Virus record (IMG/VR): IMGVR_UViG_3300023174_002543
Span: 62,001 to 126,000 of that record
Reading direction: 5' to 3' (one strand)
DNA length: 64,000 nucleotides
The translations under genes and the position numbers were made by a program. Shown here in pieces: positions 60,901-64,000 of this stretch. The notes below the pieces were generated by a model, which made no database searches, was not told the origin of the DNA, and saw only the letters and a program-made list of their open reading frames with translations. Within the stretch, counting starts at the first letter, position 1. Every line of letters starts with the position of its first letter.

Positions 60901-63900
60901 ACAACTCAATATCTAACTGTACCTTCTAATAACGGATTTGTTTTTGGTACAGGAGATTTCACAATTGAATGTTGGGTACTAACTAGTCAGGCGGCTACGA
61001 ACGGTGCATCAACAACGGATAGATTCATATTTGGTGCTATTGGAAATACTCCTTCATGGTCTATATATCTTCAAAACGGTGCTACATTAATACCTAATTT
61101 TTATTCACCAACCGGATCTGTGGCTAGCTCAATATCTGTTTCAACGGGTGTTTGGACTCATATAGCGGTCGTAAGATATAGTGGAAACATGTATATATAT
61201 GTTAACGGTGCATTGGGAGGTACTGTAGCAAATAATACTAACTATACTGCTAGTGGAACACAATATATAGGTCGTGCTGATGATGCTGCTAATAAATTCT
61301 TCAACGCAAATATTTCTAACTTAAGAGTTGTAAAAGGTACAGCAGTTTATACTGGTGCATTCTCAGTACCAACATCACCGTTAACCGCTATACAACTTTC
61401 AGGATTGAACATATCGGCCATTAGTGCAGGTGTTGCAGGAACTAGTGGCACACAATTATTAGCATTACAGTCTGCTCTTACTACTGATGCTAGTGTGAAT
61501 GCACTTACATTAACTGCCATAGCTACTCCAACATTTACTGCCTCAGGTGGTCCAATCACCGGTAGCCCTCTTAGCGCAGGTTCTTTCCATCTATGGATAG
61601 CCACTAACGGTACAGTAAATTTGGCTGTAGATCAGGCTGCTGTAAGTATTGTTAGTGTATTCCCTTCAGTGGCTAAACAAAATACATGGACACATGTTGC
61701 GATTACACGAACCAACGGCGTAGTATATTTATTTGTCAATGGTTATAGAGTGGCTTCATCACTAGCTAAAACAACATTGTGGGGTGGTACTGATACATTA
61801 AACATTGGTCGTTATCAGCCAAGTGGAAATCAATACTTTGTAGGATATATCACTAACGTGAGATTTGTATATGGAACGTCAGGAATATACACAAGTAATC
61901 CATTAACTCCACCTTACACTACACCATTGACTGCTGTTACAGGTACAACATTGTTATTGTTACAATCAACACTAACTAAAGATAATAGTGCTAATAACGT
62001 AACAGTTACAAATAATAATGTGATATTATCAACGTATACCAATCCGTATACAACAATGAAGTTGCCATTCTTATTAAGTGCTCAAAATGGATATGGTATC
62101 AATGCCGGCACCGTAGTAAGAGATAATAGTATATTTAACACTTCATTACAAAGTACCAGCACTAGTTATGTAACATATATGGCTGCAGTAAGTCCTTTTG
62201 GAGTGACCCCCACTCTACTAGTTGGTCAATCAGCCATGCAACGTGATGAAAGTATCAACAGCCTAGTTCCACAAACAATTACCACAACAGCCACAATAAT
62301 GCCTTATGTAACACCATTCAGTGGTAATGCAGTTGCATTTAACGGCAGTACAAGTTATATTACTGGTACTAACTTATACAACAGTTTGGGCGGGGACTTC
62401 ACAATTGAATTCTTTATGATGGCAGGTCCACAAACTGCTACAGTCGGTGGATTACTGTTAGGCAGAAACATAAGCTGGTCTACTACAAATAATAATTATT
62501 ATATCATGTGTAGTTCACCCGGTGGAGTTGGGAAAAACTCATTACAAACTATACAAATTTATAACCCGCTTATTAGTATAACTTCACCTGTGTATTTAGG
62601 ATTAACCTCGGTTTGTGATAGCAAATGGCATCATATTGCTATTGTAAGAATTAATGGTATTGTAAAAATATACATCGATGGAGTATTAGATACAAGTCCG
62701 TTTAGTAGCTTTGCGAATACGGGTATTTGGGACTATAGCAATTATACTATTGGTAGTAATCCAAATGACGCTGGGTCAACAGTAGCCCAATTAGCATACA
62801 ACGGTATGTTAAGTAACTTGCGTATTATTAATGGTACCGGTATTTACACAGGCACGTTCACCCCTCCTACAAATAACTTAACAACATCACAATCTAGTAG
62901 AACAAATGTTGTTCAATATACATCAACAACACCAAGTTCAACAGGTTATAGTTTGCAATTTAATTCAGCGACTGGTAGTTATCTAACTACAACCTATTCC
63001 CCTGTACTAAGTTTAGGAACAAATGACTATACGATTGAGTTCTGGCACTTCTTATCAGGTAAATCAGCAGCAAATCAACCTTGTTTGTTCAGTAATGCTA
63101 ATAGTTCTAGTGCTGGCGTTTTAAATATGTATGCCGGACATGCTAGTGCCAATGTACTAAAATATCAACTTGCATTTAACACTCAGTCGGTAATAGCTAC
63201 TTATATAACCATGCAAAGTGTATCAAATATCATCTATGGCAAGTGGACACATATTGCATTGGTAAGAAGATCAGGGGTTGTGTATCTATATATTAATGGT
63301 ACACTTGATTCTACTAGCGGTTTAGGTAATTATTCTGTATACAGTTCTCAATGGTACATAGGTAATGATGTGACAAATTCAGCTTTAGGATATATTTCTG
63401 GCTTCATCAGCAACTTCCGTGTCACAAACGGTCTAGCAGTTTATACCGGTAACTTTACAGTACCAACTAGTGCATTAACAACAACACAAAGTTCAGGTAC
63501 AAACATTGCTGCAATAACCAATACAAGTCTGGCTAATGGTGGTGCAATATCTATTGTAGCCAGTGGTTCACAATATATAAATACCACCATGGTATTAACA
63601 ACTGCAACCACTAACATGACAGTTGAGGCTTGGGTAAATTTCACTTTATTCCCAACGTCAAATACTTGGATAGGTGGCACTGCAACTATTTTTAGTACAA
63701 GCGGTAATAGTTATTCAAGCGGTATACATTTTGTATTAGGTTCAACTAATATATATGTTGTAATAACAAATACTGTATACGGTGGTTATGCACACAACAT
63801 GGTTGCTGGAACTTGGTATCATCTTGCGTATGTTATAAATAACGGGGTCGTTACATTCTTTATAAATGGTATTTCTGTGGGTAGTATATCAGGTATCCCT

Positions 63901-63999
63901 GTTACTTTTGGAGCACCTAGTTATTCTGTAATAGGTGCATCTGATACCAGCGGATCATATGGTATCGGTAGTATTGGTGGCGGTAGCGTTGGGTACATT
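51949..63999 (+). CDS. Giant multi-LamG/ConA-like adhesin-like protein, at least 4017 aa, truncated by the window end
   Basis: ATG 51949 (MADSSLSSLALSTY); manual translation of many segments gives 18 xTxE.W cores in the same frame up to ...GSVGYI. The track lists no + ORF here, as expected if there is no in-frame stop inside the window. Confidence 0.9.
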   Translation, partial: MADSSLSSLALSTYSTNTYYSTWFSGTGYLTIPAGSQLEFGANNFTIELWWYPTSTVRQAIYHGSFGTDWSVGIDYNSVSTNKIGIWASSNGTSWNLINSDAAGNGIGTITPTQNAWNHIAYVRNGTTWSLYVNGVVSVNITGLSGTIVSRSASTKAIGCWWSTGAMSQIQGYVSNFRILNGTALYTTAFDPPIQQLTAIANTVLLTCQNITSIDNSTANGGVGFAITRNSTTIGVRQFTPPLLVTSSATLTPTYNSGTLTYTFSAPTNISVIRVIPTANDAANASIKFNGNVTLTSGQPTVASAAPYLNSGYSANFVSGLLQTAHNTNLNIAGYAWTIEFWTYITTSSLTCIFFTKKASGASTGIAYQGGLQSGVPSFSQAGSTSFVNTGIRMPLNAWTHVVYVYDGGVASTSTGNISVYFNGEKVVNFVVNTFVDNTEPLTIGGSRGLTEWTIGNISNFRMVKGYQLYNGNFTPPTQPYGLTQPASAGVPAIISSDINSGFFSGTNAYLTVPGTNITNIFTGDFTIEAWLYPTAAFGASWVTADGGFSEIPVMICNASPTALNYYWAFGPSSTGTVRFITSSIYFNTVTSTATCTVNAWNHLALVKIGTTYKIYVNGIGTSGTTITTSPGTAFSDAVGISIGANNNKYVTGYISNARIVKGTAVYTENFRPSITPLTAISNTSLLVLQNRLTSDASTNNLTLTNTNVTVNTSITPFVLPVTSLVQPNGSSVFFNGSTSLSGSADFTATGNFTIECWIYPTVSTECDILKIGNEATGRIVFGTGLPAAGNLFYNIYGGSSIVIATGISTNTWQHVAIVRIGTTLTGYINGVAGTPVTGVSGTLGNTSGFSTMTTGTGYITNLRYVVGTALYTSNFNVYNSPLVTITNTKLLILQSSVTTDSSTNNYTLTPTSPAPTLSTTITPFITYGAASTQFLSTALAYQTVANPYSLALSMGQGHNNFTAEAWVYLTASPGGAPGAFIMQKGTGATGGVEWAFSVYNTGIYFTYVSGIPTGTTTSNSITANIVTGRWMHLAFTKVGTSLHFWLNGTYVYTLNGVNNLYYTAQYNSYFTVANNQAASGAAFPGFISNARVVYGKAIYTTNYDAPFIPSTTPLTVTQTATSSIASIDNANSYNIVNGNSVFFNGTNDFLTFPEPANLFNSALFNGTNQFLILNSASPGPAFAFGTGDFTIEFYFNGPPQTNRFFYDNRPSSPNGYPHVTTGLTTSVLRWGPTNLQGSIIIGDNKWHHCAVTRESGTIKLWIDGVLDTSGSDTTNYSTNYGVYIAFDSVPSTWLAGFLSNYRIIKGTALYTTNFTPSTTPLTRTSQGAIASQVSLLTLQNPTIVDNSTNAFTITNSGTPSTPTSLNHPFALYVGDGTNVTIEAWIMLGSVPTAPRGFIINNSATTTGYFGIAVESGTTNAARSISVWSDSNATSVLASTTLVPLYTWTHVAVMFANNLITVYINGVRDATTVAKTTIWQAATLGTVYIGRQASTAAQYFPGYITNLRVVYGTALYSINTVKFTVPTGPLTAITNTVFLGLQSSVTFDASTNNATITKGSGATGLILAPLTSPFQTYLPSVTNGYSIGLGFLGSGANDYISYIFGNGVAGIQMTGDFTVETWVFLPQYPSNRIAILNSQNTANDAGAGWDILSTGQVSFNSGGNTWLSSTTFIGINTWYHLALTRQNSTVRLWINGVQDVTTGTTTVSFAQPSTNVIYIGRNASGLVGNAYFSNYRWFIGTCLYTGTFTPSLTPYATTTNANANVSAVNGITSYPNIGSYGLTYSGSISMTNAGHAVTSTTVGTYTGYWDLATYDFTVEAWFNNTLMTGFGSITAIVIAGNGANASDNAWSLSTTKSSLTQATLIFSSGGSGQAQQLTHTTPTLNINSNQWYHVAVVRIGITHTIYLNGLPVSVFILSSGQLMGATAMPSTYAKIAIGSNLSNGTVTQPFNGYISNVRAIKGYGVYTGQFLPSTSPLTNTQSAVNNNNAITGTVTSLLALQNSTTLDASSNNLTLTATGSPTVSSTVVPFLPGVNGYSTYFNGTTDYIQMPIPTSAATAANGQFTLETWIYCTNILTNPFIVSSWYFSTPLSSSWQLQLFNGYLQFGYGIGSVTNTITGTTRTVSSSTWTHVAVTRDSNNLITFYVNGIADATTTTVVGTFNTNVNQGVRIGSGVGSGQAWLLGFQGYISNLRFVRGITVYTGAFTPQTTPLTVTQSSGTNISAISAAASNAYSLAFVGNNGAALANVNIPQYLSVSGGSLFNFGTGNYTIECWAYANTISDGRTIFNMYSSFFGTFIRYASTTGWQLYYNAGGSSTTYTFNSTNSGLGFWVHHALVRSSGTLYWYINGVNVFSVAESTNYVYTTLDIGYYNSPTYNWSGFISNFRIVKGTAIYTSGTASFTVPTSPLTAVAGTLILTGQNATIVDNGTANFGASFTIFNNNAVTTTALISPFISGNTQLLLLQSPTLFTSMTDAGPSNFMGTVTGLPVVNTTSMTFSPFLNANGRSVFFTGSSQYITAPSNSVFTFGTDDFTIEGWIYLVNGTTSGTLYDARTGLTTVSAQIYIQSNIVNYAVAGVSVINSSTTIQPLSTATWYHIAVVRISNVTRLYVNGLQAGNSYVDNNNYVIGAPYIGTGFGSSNPLNGYISNLRVVDGTGVYSNSFVVPITPLTSTQSSSSSIIALNNATPVLGNSVYFNGASDYMKVSGVVSFMNTGDFTIETYYYPTSFAAVTTLFGQYTAATTALGYWNVQITTAGIITVYYNGSTNFPASTAIFVNEWVHIALVRISGTITLYVNGVSYGTASFATQFGLTSISSPLFIGATQLSGPVQYALGYMSNFRIVKGLGVYTGAFTVPTSPLGSTQSSGTNIAAITGTSTSLLLFQNSPYTDNSTFNNPITGFGNPLYSPVFSPSFFSYPTPANGNSGYFNGSTSYLSLTQPSNASTGDFTIELWAYPTSLTAIGYLMSTSTAASTASTTNGYVALNGTTQYLTVPSNNGFVFGTGDFTIECWVLTSQAATNGASTTDRFIFGAIGNTPSWSIYLQNGATLIPNFYSPTGSVASSISVSTGVWTHIAVVRYSGNMYIYVNGALGGTVANNTNYTASGTQYIGRADDAANKFFNANISNLRVVKGTAVYTGAFSVPTSPLTAIQLSGLNISAISAGVAGTSGTQLLALQSALTTDASVNALTLTAIATPTFTASGGPITGSPLSAGSFHLWIATNGTVNLAVDQAAVSIVSVFPSVAKQNTWTHVAITRTNGVVYLFVNGYRVASSLAKTTLWGGTDTLNIGRYQPSGNQYFVGYITNVRFVYGTSGIYTSNPLTPPYTTPLTAVTGTTLLLLQSTLTKDNSANNVTVTNNNVILSTYTNPYTTMKLPFLLSAQNGYGINAGTVVRDNSIFNTSLQSTSTSYVTYMAAVSPFGVTPTLLVGQSAMQRDESINSLVPQTITTTATIMPYVTPFSGNAVAFNGSTSYITGTNLYNSLGGDFTIEFFMMAGPQTATVGGLLLGRNISWSTTNNNYYIMCSSPGGVGKNSLQTIQIYNPLISITSPVYLGLTSVCDSKWHHIAIVRINGIVKIYIDGVLDTSPFSSFANTGIWDYSNYTIGSNPNDAGSTVAQLAYNGMLSNLRIINGTGIYTGTFTPPTNNLTTSQSSRTNVVQYTSTTPSSTGYSLQFNSATGSYLTTTYSPVLSLGTNDYTIEFWHFLSGKSAANQPCLFSNANSSSAGVLNMYAGHASANVLKYQLAFNTQSVIATYITMQSVSNIIYGKWTHIALVRRSGVVYLYINGTLDSTSGLGNYSVYSSQWYIGNDVTNSALGYISGFISNFRVTNGLAVYTGNFTVPTSALTTTQSSGTNIAAITNTSLANGGAISIVASGSQYINTTMVLTTATTNMTVEAWVNFTLFPTSNTWIGGTATIFSTSGNSYSSGIHFVLGSTNIYVVITNTVYGGYAHNMVAGTWYHLAYVINNGVVTFFINGISVGSISGIPVTFGAPSYSVIGASDTSGSYGIGSIGGGSVGYI

Positions 64000-64000
64000 A

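Noticed and set aside
410-63680. Many minus-strand and short alternative-frame ORFs in the track
   Set aside because: They are shadows of long + strand genes with strong codon bias (GGT/AAT/ACT/ACA). They show no RBS or family motifs and lie wholly or largely within real genes.
31680-64000. Diversity-generating retroelement acting on lectin domains
   Set aside because: No reverse transcriptase, and I found no template/variable repeat pair differing only at adenines. The lectins are LamG type and diverged throughout. One could still exist outside the window.
3273-64000. Eukaryotic giant-virus or bacterial autotransporter/adhesin origin of the array
   Set aside because: The array is contiguous with T4-like gp21-22-23, has bacterial-type RBSs and T4-late-like motifs, and shows no signal peptides or beta-barrel translocator that I can see.
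1-64000. tRNA, rRNA, intron, homing endonuclease or IS elements
   Set aside because: Intergenic gaps are all under ~120 nt and no such motifs or ORFs were recognised.

Overview
Structural region of a large, AT-rich T4-related tailed phage; every credible gene is on the + strand. It opens with the head module: prohead protease gp21, scaffold gp22 and major capsid gp23, followed by a UUCG-loop terminator. With no gp24, hoc or soc recognisable, it then runs into an uninterrupted array of more than 60 kb: 34 genes, mostly N/T/G/S-rich fibre-, adhesin- or lectin-like virion proteins, punctuated by T4-late-like ATAAATA motifs. The last gene (51949 to the window end, at least 4017 aa) is missing from the supplied ORF track. 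Two things stand out. (1) The array has a gene-order grammar: four kinds of C-terminal module are each always followed by a gene starting with a cognate N-terminal motif or a cognate small adaptor protein. This suggests head-to-tail docking chains and fibre-adaptor-tip cassettes. (2) Domains are inserted inside domains. The giant protein has 18 LamG/ConA-like cores, some nested inside each other, implying a branched rather than linear lectin array. All family assignments come from motif recognition by eye; no searches were run.
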